Below, one piece after another: positions 38,832 to 51,900 of a stretch of DNA of 64,000 bases. Numbering within the stretch: the stretch's first letter is position 1; every line of letters starts with the position of its first letter. The position numbers and the translations under genes were made by a program. This DNA is from Eledone cirrhosa (Eukaryota), in contig CAXHJY010000159.1 in the NCBI GenBank assembly GCA_964016885.1, positions 62,001-126,000 on the forward strand, read 5' to 3'. Under the pieces are notes generated by a model. The model was not told where the DNA came from, did no database searches, and saw only the letters and a program-made list of their open reading frames with translations.

Positions 38832-39388
38832 TAAAGGTTAATTACATACCATACAAGCAATAACAAATCCAAGACATTGAAGAATGAAAGGTAATAATAG
38901 ACGATAAAGGATAAGAATAAAAATAAAAGTAAAAATAAAAATAAAGGTAAAAATAAAAATAAGGGGTGCTATCAGTCACAGTTGGGCGGGGTGCTGTCAA
39001 CATATAGTTACATACAAGCATACACATGGATAAGAGAACAGACAAGAGTAGACACATGGATAAGAGAACAGACAAGAGTAGATAAGATAGATGGGATTAG
39101 GTAAGAGTAGGTAAAAAATAGGTGAAAAACAGACTTATAATATATATAAATAAGAAAATATAAAGAAATACAAAGAAATACATAACAAACTTACATATAA
39201 AATATAGGGTAAGGAATGAGATAAAATAATATAAAATTAAAATTAAAAATTATATACATAGAACATAATATAATATAATCGTAAAATAAGATAAAATAAG
39301 GTAAACTAAAATCAAATAACATAGACTAAATTAAAATAATATAATATAAGATATAATTAAATGTATAATTAAATGTAATTAAATGTAA

Positions 39389-39432
<44 letters not shown>

Positions 39433-40512
39433 AAATTAAATAAATAAATAAAATTTAAATTTAAATTTTAAAATTAAAATCTAAATTTAAATTTAAATAA
39501 ATAAATAAATAAATAAATGGAGTCAAGTAAATTAACATGAAATGAAATAAAATAAAATGAAATAAAGTAAATTGAGATAAGATATATATTTTTTTAGAAT
39601 ATATCTCTTGAATATATCAGGGGCCCACGAAGGCACTAAGTGTCACAGTTATGTGTATCACTTGACCAATTTTTTAAAATATATTTCTTGAAAACATCAG
39701 GGGCCCACGAAGGCACTAAGTGTCACAGTCAACAGTATCACTTGACCATTGCAAGGCAATGGAGGCGTCCCAGGTTGGGCAGTCTCGAAAGTTCACTCGA
39801 AAGTCATGGGTGTGCATTCACACAGTTGAGCGGTGGGGTAATCACAAACCGGTTCACACACGGGCAGGAGTCCAATGGTCAGAGAGAGGTGCATCGAAGG
39901 AGGTAGAAGAATTCACGTGCATTAGCAAGCGAGGTGCAGGCGGGTTAAAGCATTTTTATATATATTTTGTATGCGCTACAACTGTGTCTGCTTGCTTTAA
40001 CCCGCCTGCACCTCGCTTGCTAATGCACGTGAATTCTTCTACCTCCTTCGATGCACCTCTCTCTGACCATTGGACTCCTGCCCGTGTGTGAACCGGTTTG
40101 TGATTACCCCACCGCTCAACTGTGTGAATGCACACCCATGACTTTCGAGTGAACTTTCGAGACTGCCCAACCTGGGACGCCTCCATTGCCTTGCAATGGT
40201 CAAGTGATACTGTTGACTGTGACACTTAGTGCCTTCGTGGGCCCCTGATGTTTTCAAGAAATATATTTTAAAAAATTGGTCAAGTGATACACATAACTGT
40301 GACACTTAGTGCCTTCGTGGGCCCCTGATATATTCAAGAGATATATTCTAAAAAAATATATATCTTATCTCAATTTACTTTATTTCATTTTATTTTATTT
40401 CATTTCATGTTAATTTACTTGACTCCATTTATTTATTTATTTATTTATTTAAATTTAAATTTAGATTTTAATTTTAAAATTTAAATTTTAATTTTATTTA
40501 TTTATTTAATTT

Positions 40513-40564
<52 letters not shown>

Positions 40565-41121
40565 TTACATTTAATTACATTTAATTATACATTTAATTAT
40601 ATCTTATATTATATTATTTTAATTTAGTCTATGTTATTTGATTTTAGTTTACCTTATTTTATCTTATTTTACGATTATATTATATTATGTTCTATGTATA
40701 TAATTTTTAATTTTAATTTTATATTATTTTATCTCATTCCTTACCCTATATTTTATATGTAAGTTTGTTATGTATTTCTTTGTATTTCTTTATATTTTCT
40801 TATTTATATATATTATAAGTCCGTTTTTCACCTATTTTTTACCTACTCTTACCTAATCCCATCTATCTTATCTACTCTTGTCTGTTCTCTTATCCATGTG
40901 TCTACTCTTGTCTGTTCTCTTATCCATGTGTATGCTTGTATGTAACTATATGTTGACAGCACCCCGCCCAACTGTGACTGATAGCACCCCTTATTTTTAT
41001 TTTTACCTTTATTTTTATTTTTACTTATATTTTTATTCTTATCCTTTATCGTCTATTATTACCTTTCATTCTTCAATGTCTTGGATTTGTTATTGCTTGT
41101 ATGGTATGTAATTAACCTTTA

Positions 41122-41167
41122 TGCTCTGATGAGTCCCACTTATAGTGCGGATGAAACAATGTTAGCA
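41122..41167 (+). ncRNA. Minimal type-I hammerhead ribozyme motif
   Basis: TGCT-CTGATGA-GTCC(CACT tat AGTG c)GGAT-GAAAC-AAT-GTT-AGCA. Canonical core, G-U first pair in stem II, GUU triplet. Confidence 0.7.
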
Positions 41168-41209
41168 AGTAAAGATATGCATATGCTATAAGCGTTCTTT
41201 GTTATTTAT

Positions 41210-41264
<55 letters not shown>

Positions 41265-41341
41265 GTTTTCGCCCTACATGGCTGAATACAATAAATCTGA
41301 GTTTTTCTAATATTAATAATAATATTCGATTCGTTTGCAAT

Positions 41342-41804
41342 TATGCAAACAACCCTCATTTTTAAAGCCATGTCAGTAGAATGAGCCTCTCATTCTTGCT
41401 CTTGTGTTGGCATGTAAACAGAACTGCAGTCACTAATGTTTCTGGGTATTACCCTTCATTAGTGCAGCTCACTGTTCACCTGCTAACTGCCAGAACTAGT
41501 GAAAATATATGACTGGCCAGTCTGCTGATATGCAAATCTGGCTGATCAGTAGATCTGCTAATATGCAGATCTGACTGGTCAGCCAGTCTGCTAATATGCA
41601 AATCAGGCCGATCAGTCACTGTATATTTTAGAAAATATATATTTTCACTAGCTCTGGCAGTTGGCAGGTGAAAAGTGAGCTGCACTAATGAAGGGTAATA
41701 CTCAGAAACATTAGTGTCTGTAGTTCTGTTTACAGGCCAATACAAGAGCAAGAATGAGGGGCTCGTTCTACTGACATAGCTTTAAAAATGAGGCTTGTTT
41801 GCAT
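41342..41804. mobile_element. Fold-back/MITE element with ~165-bp imperfect TIRs and internal ~30-bp tandem repeats
   Basis: 41342-41510 vs 41638-41804 inverted. The centre has three CTGCT(G/A)ATATGCA(A/G)ATC units. Confidence 0.75.
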
Positions 41805-42209
41805 ACATAATTGTTTCAGAAGATCCCGTTAAGGGTGAAAGCAGCGATTCTTTGCTTAAACTTTCATCTGTTATTTTAATAATGCACACAACACACACAC
41901 AAAAACAAGATGGCGTAGGACAGAACAAAGGAGAGGCACAAAAACAAAGAAAAGAATCCCCAGTCACTGGAGAGGTCACAGAATGTGTGACGAAAGAACT
42001 TTGACAATATATAAACAATCATCTGGTTGTGGAACCAACCAACCAGAAATTTATAAATTCTTAAATTTGTAAATTTATTATAATAAATTGAAGTGAAAGC
42101 AACTGGTGCGTGTGTTTCTTATTGACAACATGACCCTCCCAAAGTATAACAATATCGGTTTCAACACACATTTTCAGATAAAGAATCTTGCTAAACAAAT
42201 TCAGAAACG

Positions 42210-42247
<38 letters not shown>

Positions 42248-42513
42248 CTTAACATGTTCAACATCACATCATTTTCTATACAAATTCCCCCCTTTGATAA
42301 TGCATAAAATGCTGAAACCGGTAATAGACAATTATTAAATATATAAATAAATAAATAAATGCCATTGTTAATTAATAAATAAATTAACTAATACCTTAAC
42401 ACTTCACACAAAGTAAAATATTTTGTTTTAAACATTTTCTAACCCAGAAAAAAAGAGAAAAAAATAAAATGAAAAAAAAATATTTTTCTTCCTAATAATC
42501 GTCTTTTTCTCCC

Positions 42514-42572
<59 letters not shown>

Positions 42573-44159
42573 CAACTCTTGTGCTCCTTCTCCACATTTT
42601 ATAAGTATATATATATATATATATATATATGACAGAAATAATGAGTTCAAGTTTAACGTTTCTCCCCAACCAATGTTAGCCTATTCCAATGCAACTTTCA
42701 TATTGAAGATGTTTTCCTTGCAACTTAGATAAACATTGGCTTCTATTATTCCAACCTGAAATTCAATAATTCCTCTGTGAACAGTATATGTAATTGAAGA
42801 AATCTGTCAAATGATATTTTTATTTGATTTCTTTTTCCATAAGGATTTTTTTAAGTAGGTTTACTTCCTTAAGATCATATTTTATAACCCATGTTCTTCT
42901 GGCAAGCTATTTTTCTTCTAAAAATCAAGGTTTTCTCGTGTGTTTAGGAATATTGGTTTGAATATATGTTTCACTTGCAATATTTTGAAGATATTTGTTA
43001 TACATACATTTGGTTTTTGCATACATACACACACACGGACATATGTGCTCGTGTGTGTGACTATTTTATACCTGTAATTTCAGGTGTACATTGCTGTATT
43101 TATGGATCTTGGAGCACCCATCATCATTGGGATGGTTTGTATATTAAACTCACATACTCCATATATTTCGATTTATAAATTTCTTTACTTAGTTTATCCA
43201 GTATTTAGGTCCTTATAAATTTTTTGTGCTGAAGTCAGTTATAATTTTTTATATATAAACAATTCATTAATAGTAGTACATTTCCTTAGTTTATTCTATC
43301 CTTCTCGGTTAAAGCATACTGGAGTACCGCCTTTTTGCCATGGTTATTATAATCTTCATCTCAGTAAAGGCAACATCATATTTGTTATTGACATTTAGTA
43401 TTAAGTATGTTTTAAGCTGGTAATTTAAACTTAGTCGTAAATAAAAAAGAATATCTTAAAAGACCTTATCATTCGCCAAATTGGTTGTCAGATTTGGCTC
43501 CATAAAAACTGAAATTGATAGAATGATTGTGTCTGATACAAATTCTACCCACTAATGCGATATAGCTTCCTAGTCAAACTTCTACAGTTACTACAGCGAC
43601 ATCTGTTGTTCTAAACCAGATGATTTAAACTCTGTCACTTAAATCTACCTTTTCTTTCTACCTCTTTCTTCTGTCAACTCGACTATGTCTCACTTCCCAC
43701 GCTTACACATTTTAATCAATCATTCGTCTAGAAAACAGTATCCCTTTGCAATTCACATTACAGTCTTATTTTCTCTTTAATTACTAATGTTCTACATTCA
43801 AAACTAAATATTATCTAAGCCTGCTAATAGAACATACAAGAAAAGATGTTATGCAGACCATTAATCTAACTAAAAGCTGGTGAATTACTTCTGCATTTGC
43901 TGTACCAAAATCCAACCACAAGAAGGCGATTTATTCAATATATGATACATTTTATGAGATTAAATAATAATTAATTTTTGTCAAACATTTATCAGTTATT
44001 CAATACCTTATTGATATTTAACAGTAATAATTGAATAGTAGAGTAAGAACCACATGCAAAGATTAGAAGTTTAACTGAACATACTTTGTCATATGTCTAC
44101 TTAATTAACAAATTACAAACATCGGAATAAGCTGTAACTACAATGATTACTATTTAGTG

Positions 44160-44240
44160 TATATGTATGTATGGTCCTGTTACTCATTATGGAGTCGTAG
44201 AGGCGCCGTAGTGACATACGGCGCTTCTTGGGCATTTTAG
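44160..44240 (-). repeat. Short dispersed repeat with a stem-loop and (CATA)n end
   Basis: AAATGCCCAAGAAGCGCCGTATGTCACTACGGCGC.. Related copies at ~6525-6600, ~6815-6890 and ~19550-19625. Confidence 0.6.
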
Positions 44241-44359
44241 ATCGAGGAGAGTCCATCTCCTCTCCATGTCTGAACATAGCTGATTTCTTCCAGAAAAGGA
44301 AAGAGAGAGAGAGAGAGAGACTGTAAGAAAGAGGAAGTGAGAGAGAGATATAGAGGAAG

Positions 44360-44720
44360 AATCGACACCAGCACTGGAATGGTAGTTTTTTTTTATCGAC
44401 TCGAAAGGATGAAAGGCAACGTTGACGACAGCGGAATTTGAACTTAGAATGCCGGAACGAATAACATAAAGCATTCCATCTGACGTTCTAACGACTCTGC
44501 CAATTCGCCGCCTATTTAACAGTATACTGAAACATAATACGTTTTTCTTAGGAAACAGAAAATTAGTTACAATCACTTATTGATCGAGATTGATGTGTCA
44601 TAGAGGATGAAAAACAAAGCTGACCACAACAAAATTTGAATTCAAAACGCAGAAAACCGGAGCGAATACCGCAAACCATCCTATCCAACGTTCTAACGAC
44701 TCTGCCAATTCGCTGCCTTA
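44360..44720 (-). mobile_element. Two degenerate tRNA-SINE copies in tandem
   Basis: Reverse complements of GGCGAATTGGCAGAGTCGTTAGAACG heads and the GCCTTTCATCCTTTCGAGTCGATAAAA domain. Confidence 0.65.
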
Positions 44721-44860
44721 CTATTTAATGAAAATATTTTGATAAATATTAAGATTCAAAGGTATTTTGTAAATCCCTAAAAAACCCAAACTGTGTCATA
44801 AATGCTTATTTTAAATTCTGGAAATATACAAAAAGTTAAAAAAATAGAAAGCTATCTTAC

Positions 44861-45424
44861 TTTTGCTGGTATAGAAGAATCGGGATATTCCATTATTCTC
44901 CAAATTTTTGGTTTCCAGTTTTGCCAAAAGGTTCTTTGACTGACATCCTCACTAATGCCAAATATATTTGGAACTTCATCTTCGTGGATATCTTCATCTT
45001 CTCCATTGTCCAATTCAGTGACTGTCTGTTGGGCTTCTCGATGGGCGCGATAATTTGACCAACAACAGGGTTCTATTTGTTTTTCGTCAAGACCCCAGAA
45101 GTTTAGTTCGTTTTCAAACAGTGGACCACATACATCTGTAGGAACGTGTAGACATCCCGTTCTATAATAGTTCAGAATCATACAGAATATTCCGGGATGA
45201 CGATCGAAGAAAAACTCCTCAGTTACAGGATCATAATCAGGGTTACTAGCTGTTGTCTCAGTTAACCAAGACAGTCGGGTATCAGGAATATTTTTTAATG
45301 TCGATTTGTAGGTCTCATAACGAATTCCACTGACATTTATTATTATTCTATTATCAAATCGTCTTGATGGCATCAGGGAAACTTTTGGTATTAAGGATGA
45401 GCATAAAGTACGTTCTTTCTCCAT
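44861..45424 (-). CDS. Shaw: Kv3/Shaw-type voltage-gated potassium channel, first coding exon (T1 tetramerisation domain)
   Basis: ORF has T1 motifs [37 protein letters not shown] and the Zn-site [11 protein letters not shown]...EPCCW typical of non-Shaker Kv. Donor AAA|GTAAGA after codon 188 (phase 0). Confidence 0.93.
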
Positions 45425-46145
45425 TTTATTTTTTAAATGTGTTTTACATCAGAACCATTAGTTTATATTATCAGTTTCTACTTTTTATTAATAAATATAT
45501 AACGCTAAGTAAATCTGAGAGATTAAATTTCGAAATTCTGTATAAAGATGATATCTCACATCTGAAACAGAAAAATTGTTTACATACAAAATAAAATTTC
45601 TGTGAGTATATTTGGTCTGTGACTGTGTCTGAAAACGACCGTAATTTTATGCTTCAAATGTTCCACAGAACACTTGAGTTTACTTCATTCCATTTTTTTC
45701 AACTTCATCTTTCAATACATCTCGATACTTCATACGATGTCTCTACATAACACTGTCGCTGGTTGTTTCGTTACATCTTGGATTTGGATACAATCAAATA
45801 TTTTTAAGTCGAGCAAATATAAAATTTTCTTCATTGATTTTCACATACAAAATCCAAATAAGATGCATGCTTGTTATACGAAATTGCATCTCAAAATTTA
45901 CAAAACTTTTCCTAGGTTTTCATTTTGTGCTTTCTTATTCTGTTTCAGTATTTCAAAACTAAGGAAGTTGCTCGAATTAAAAATACATCTGAGAAATCTC
46001 AAATATCTTTATTGAGAGTCTTGTAAATTTTATACAGCATTTCTATGAAATTGTATAGCCTTCGAAACTGATGACTTCCATCATTATACGTTTAAAAGTG
46101 TATAGTTGCGTGTGTGCGCGTATCTGTATCCATAAATATGCTTAC

Positions 46146-46220
46146 GTTTTTCTTCTGGCTTGCTATTTCTTGTGCAGACATTAAGCGATATATTTTTAAC
46201 TGATATACTCCGTGACGTCA
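46146..46220 (-). promoter_or_regulatory. Candidate Kv3 promoter / short 5' UTR exon with a perfect CRE
   Basis: TGACGTCA at 46213-46220, Inr-like TCAGTT at 46203-46198, donor AAC|GTAAGC at 46145, and matching acceptor tttttctgtttcag| at 45563-45562 upstream of the ATG at 45424. Confidence 0.4.
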
Positions 46221-46543
46221 GTCTGAAGAAGAACCTATTAACGTTGACAGTGTGTTGTACTAAGTGAGAAAAGGGACACTATTGTCGGAGAGAATGCTAC
46301 AGGTGAATCCAACAGAATAAACATGTAGCCACTCTGTTACATTAAGGAAATTTGCCGAGCAGCATAAAACAATGTACTGCAATCTCTGTTGAAAACAGAA
46401 AACAAATATCTCGCGAAAAACTTGTAATACCGGTTATCTCTCACTAATTTGTATATGTGTTCCTGTCTTTCTAACTCTAAACATATCCAGATGTGCCAGT
46501 GTCTCTATATCAATTTCTCAATCTCTGCAGTTCACACTATAAA

Positions 46544-46983
<440 letters not shown>

Positions 46984-47381
46984 AAGAAGGTGTGGTAAGA
47001 TACCAGGTGGACCATAAGGCACCAGAGTACTCAATACTTAGGGTAGTAGAGTGGGTAGTAAGAAAAGACTCAGGACCCCGACGACTGAGCTCTGGCCGTT
47101 TCGACAGCTAGATCCACAGGAATATATAGATATCGCGATGGACTTTCTCGTCGAGAACGTCATAGGAGTGTCCTGTTGTTCGAACCATAGGAGTGTCCTG
47201 TTGTTCGAACATATACTTACTCATTGAATTAGCGAGCGAAGCTGCTATTCCAAAGACCCGTGTACTGTTAACCATTCACAAATGAAATCAACGTAAAACA
47301 ATCTAACAAGGCCGTACGTTTGTATAGGAAGTACATTCCATTGGACGGACGACTTCCATGCAGTTTCCGACTTCCCAATTT

Positions 47382-47439
<58 letters not shown>

Positions 47440-47442
<3 letters not shown>

Positions 47443-47718
47443 TCCAACTCTACCATTATTGATAATAAAATCTTGGAGTTGTATTTTGAACCTTGCTTAA
47501 AGAAGGTTCAAGACGCAATAAATCAAATGTCATCAAAGCCCCTGATAAGGATGGCATACCATCCGAAATTTTCAAATATGATGGTAAAAAAACTAATTGT
47601 GAGCTTTTTGAAGTAATTTGATGAGTTGGGCGTGTACCACAGGACACTAAGGATGCATCCATCATGTATTTCTTGAAAAACAAGAGAAGAAAAATTATCT
47701 GCGATAAGCTACGCAGCA

Positions 47719-47774
<56 letters not shown>

Positions 47775-48900
47775 GCTCGCTTGTATATTGCATGCAGAAT
47801 TAGTTTTCAACAAAACAATCAAGCATATTATCGACGACATCTATCCGGAGTCCCAATAGAGTTTTAGATCAGGCTGCGATACCATTGACAAGTTTTCACT
47901 TCATCAAATTACCGAGAAAGTTCGTGAGAAAAATCATGAACTGTATTTGGCTTTTATAGATCTGACCAAAGCTTTCGAAGATATAAATACAAATACTCTC
48001 TGAGCAGTTCTCATGGGAATTGGTATACCTGATATAATGATTTCTAGTATAGGCACAAGGCCAGTAATTGGGAGGCAGGGGAAAGTCGATTAAATCGACC
48101 CCAATGCTTTATTTTATCGACCCCGTAAGGATGAAAGGCAAAGTTCACCTCGGTGGGATTTGAACTCAGACCATAAAGGACCGTAACTCTATGCTGCAAA
48201 GTATGGTGTCCGACTCTCTACTGATATTGCCAATCCACCGGGTATACCTGATATAATACTAAATGATATCCCTCCTTTCATACAGGAATTAAAACATGTG
48301 TTATCAGATGGTTAGCTTTCAGATCTCTCAGCGTTTCAAACGGCACAAAACAAGGTTGTATCATGGCCCCAACAATTGCGCTTTTCTTTTCAGTTACGTA
48401 GCACCATATTTATGGTGACATTGATTTAGGTGTCAATTCCATTGCCTTACTGTCTCTATAATCACATTAACGGTAAAGTACTTGGCTGAATGACAATGAT
48501 TCGGGATCTTGTCAGTCTTCTTTGTTGATGATTCTACACTTGTTGCAGCATCTATAAAGGAAACACATGAGCTTGTTAATCGATGATTTAATGCAGGTAA
48601 AGTATTCGATCTCACTAAAAACACCGCCAATGCCAGTCTCCAAGCAAATCAGAAATAAAAAGATCTACAAGTTCGTTCATCAGTTCCCTAAGCTACAAAT
48701 GCTTTCGGAAAACTTCATCTTCGAATGGGTGAGAAATCTCATTGGAAACAAAACTTAATGTCTACCAAGCTGAAGTCCTTTCCACTCTTATGATTGGATC
48801 GAAATCTTGAGTTCCCTATTGATCACATATTAACCAGCTTGATGTCAACCATAACTATGTTTTCTATAATTATTATATGTATATTGATGTTATTTATAGG
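47440..48900 (+). mobile_element. Highly decayed RTE-like LINE fragment interrupted by a minus-strand SINE (48048-48240)
   Basis: Remnants reading AFIDLTKAF and GTKQGCIMAPT. The SINE is flanked by a repeated GGTATACCTGATATAAT. Confidence 0.55.
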
Positions 48901-48977
48901 CCACGAAACATTTTTTTCTGGGAGACTTCCACTAAAATGAAGGAATTAATACTTTCGTTAGATATATTATATAGATA

Positions 48978-51900
48978 TCTTTCTTTATTTGCCACAAGGG
49001 CGTACAAAAATGGGACATTACAAGACGTGACGGCTGTGGTTTTACATAAAATCTTTAACAATGATGAATAACAATAAACTATATATAAAATAAAACAATC
49101 GAAATCCCCATTAGGGGGGAACGTTACTGCGGGGTTGTTTTACACCCCGTGAATAGAACAACCCTCAACACCAGATGTTTTGTAGATGTTCCTGTCTTCC
49201 CTCTGTTTATCTTCCTCAACCTACAGGTTTATATACAGAGAAGGCCCATTCACTCGGGCCATTTTCGCCACATTCACCCACCTTTCAGCAAATTTACTGG
49301 GATGTAGCACCTCCCTCTCCACTCTCATCTTCCTTCTGAAGTGGTACTTAAAGAAGGGGATGAGTTGTTGTCCGGAGAGACGGGTGCTTGCCCTCAGTCC
49401 TTTTAACCTCGTCCACCATGTTACCTCTTTCGCCATAGCCACCAGACAGAGGAAAACCGCCTCTCCTTCATTCTTAAATGAAGGCGGCGGAGTGATCCTC
49501 ACGATGGACTCGGCTGACAACTGGATGCGTCCCACACGTGACAGTAGCTGTTCGACATAATTCCACAGGTCGGTCACCCCTAGGCACAGAACGGTTTCGA
49601 TGTCCTGCTCGCATCTTGGACAGGTCCTTTTGGCAGGATCTCTGCCAGGGCGTCCGTTCCTGTAGATTTTGTCTCGAACTGGTAGAGCTCCTCGGTAGCA
49701 CTGCCAAGCCAGAGACCTCTGGAAGTTATCCATAGGCCCTGGACGGAAAGTCCTCCCGAACAGACTGATCAATTCGTCCTCCTCGATGCCTAGAGATTCC
49801 CCGAGAACGTCGTCGCACTTATCCTCCACTAATCCCCTATAGAATGTCGAAGTGCAGTCTCAGCTGATTGCCGTTTCCGCTTGGTAGAGGACTGTGAGCG
49901 CCTGAAGGCACTCGAGGTGCCAGCCGCCCATTTTCGGTCTTCGCTTGACCCAGGACTGCAGCTCTGTTAGTGAGACGAGTTGTGGAAGAGCTCGTCTCGC
50001 AAACGAGAGCCACACTGGTTCACCGGTCAGGAATACCTGGAAATGGCGTGGCCTCAGCGTGTGTTTGCGCATCATCAGCCACGGCATGCCCAGCCCTCCG
50101 CTAGAAGGGTGTTGACAGCAGATGGATCTCCTCACTAATGGAGCCTGTTTCTTCCAGAGGAACTTGAAGAGTAGACGTTCCATTTTGGTGAGGTGTTCGC
50201 GGGGACAAGGCACGACTGTGAAGCGGTAGTAGATGACGGACGCTATGTAAATGTTTGCCACCTCCGCTCGACCTTTCAGGGAGAGTTTGCACTCAGACCA
50301 CTTCTGGGTGAGTGCAAACACCTTCACCGTGACCTCGTTCCAGTACTTGCCCACCTGGAGGTCTGGATCAAACCAGACCCCGAGCAATTTCACAGGTCCT
50401 TCCATCCAACTCCAACGACACTGTCGGAAGGCATGGGTTTGCCTCTCCATGTGCCGAGTTGCAAACCGACAGACTTATTTGGGTTTAGTCTTGCTCCTGT
50501 CAACGTTTCGTATTCCTGTAATAGGTTGCCGATTACCCTGATTTCCGAGCTTTTCGACACGATTACCGTTCCGTCGTTGGCATAGGCCGACGCTGCTTTT
50601 CGCAGTCCTTTTTCGATCTGGATGCCTCAGATCGAACTTCAACAGTTCCAACTACCGCAGTAATGGCTCGAGAGTCAGTACATGCATAATGGAGTAGAGT
50701 GGGCATCCCTGGCGGATGGAACGCATGATTTGGAATGGCTCCGATAGGTAGCCATTCACCTTGACTGCCGAGCAGATGCTGGTGTGCGATCCAGCCTCTG
50801 AAGACGGGACCGAAGCCGGCCGCCTTGAGAACCGCTTCCAAGTATTGATGGATCTAAATTGATCAGAGCCCCACCGAAGCCAGGTTTACACCCTACCCTC
50901 TCTATGATGTATCGCATGAGGTGGAGGTTGTCGTGTATGGACCTGGTCGGGATTGCACACGCTTGTGCTTCCCTTACCAGGTTCTCGACGACAAACGCCA
51001 GCCTCGTTTCTAACACCTTGGCCAAAATCTTTAACTCTGTGTTGAGCAGAGTTATGGGCCTGAAATTGCTTATCTCATCCCCTTTGTTCTCATCTTTCCT
51101 GATCAGCGTTACTATGCCTCTGCCTACAGAACTGGAAATCCTCCGGTTCTGCTGCCAGTTGCAGTAGACCGCTTCGAGGACGCCACAGAACAAGTCTGTC
51201 ATGCCTATGTAGACCATCTAAACCGGGTGATTTGCGTTTCCCACAGCGGCCTAGGGCATCTTCTATTTCGCCCGCTGTGATCGGCCTTTCGCAGCTCTCT
51301 GCATCCGTGCTCGAGAGTCGTGGTAGGCTGTCGAGGTAGGAACTGAAGTCCATCACCTCGCTCGATGTACCGCTTTGCCCGAACAGTTCTGCAAAGTGCT
51401 GCTGGAAGGCCGTGCACATCTGCTTGGATTCAAGTAAAATGCATCCATCTTTATCTTGCAAAGACTGAATTGTGGATTTCTTGCCACTTTTTGCCTCTAC
51501 CACTCGGGCATAGCTAACAGCTTTGGCTCCCTCCTTTCTTAGAGCACGTGTTCTACTTCTGACAATACAACTTTCGTGTTACACGTTGAAGAACTAGTCT
51601 AGTGCCGTTCTCACCGCTAGCACGTCAGCTGTACTGCCATTCCTAAGTGCCTCTTCTACTTTAGCTACCAGTTCCTTTTCAGTTTTGTTTTTTTCTAAAG
51701 CTACTTCCTTGCTAAATGCTATCGATTCTATTCTAATTGCTCTCTTGAGAGAGCTCCACCACCTGTTGTTGACGATGGCTCCCATCAACTGGCTCTTAAC
51801 TAAGGTGTTAATCCGTTTACTGAGGTTTTACATAAAATCTTTAACAATGATGAATAACAATAAACTATATATAAAATAAAACAATCGAAATCCCCATTAG

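Larger units (their letters stand above)
38737..41216. repeat. Large palindrome: ~1.22-kb arms with a 40-nt spacer, probable Penelope-like inverted insertion
   Basis: 38737-39952 is the reverse complement of 39993-41216 except for a few substitutions and (TAAA)n length. The right arm ends in (TA)n and there is a hammerhead near each outer end. Confidence 0.92.

Noticed and set aside
39640-40305. Paired ORFs on both strands (SQSTVSLDHC..., SQLCVSLDQF...)
   Set aside because: Mirror products of the palindrome with non-ATG starts and no motif I recognise.
44852-45424. Stand-alone BTB/T1 (KCTD-like) gene
   Set aside because: It ends at a good donor exactly where the S1-S6 exon continues in frame, so it is a Kv3 exon.
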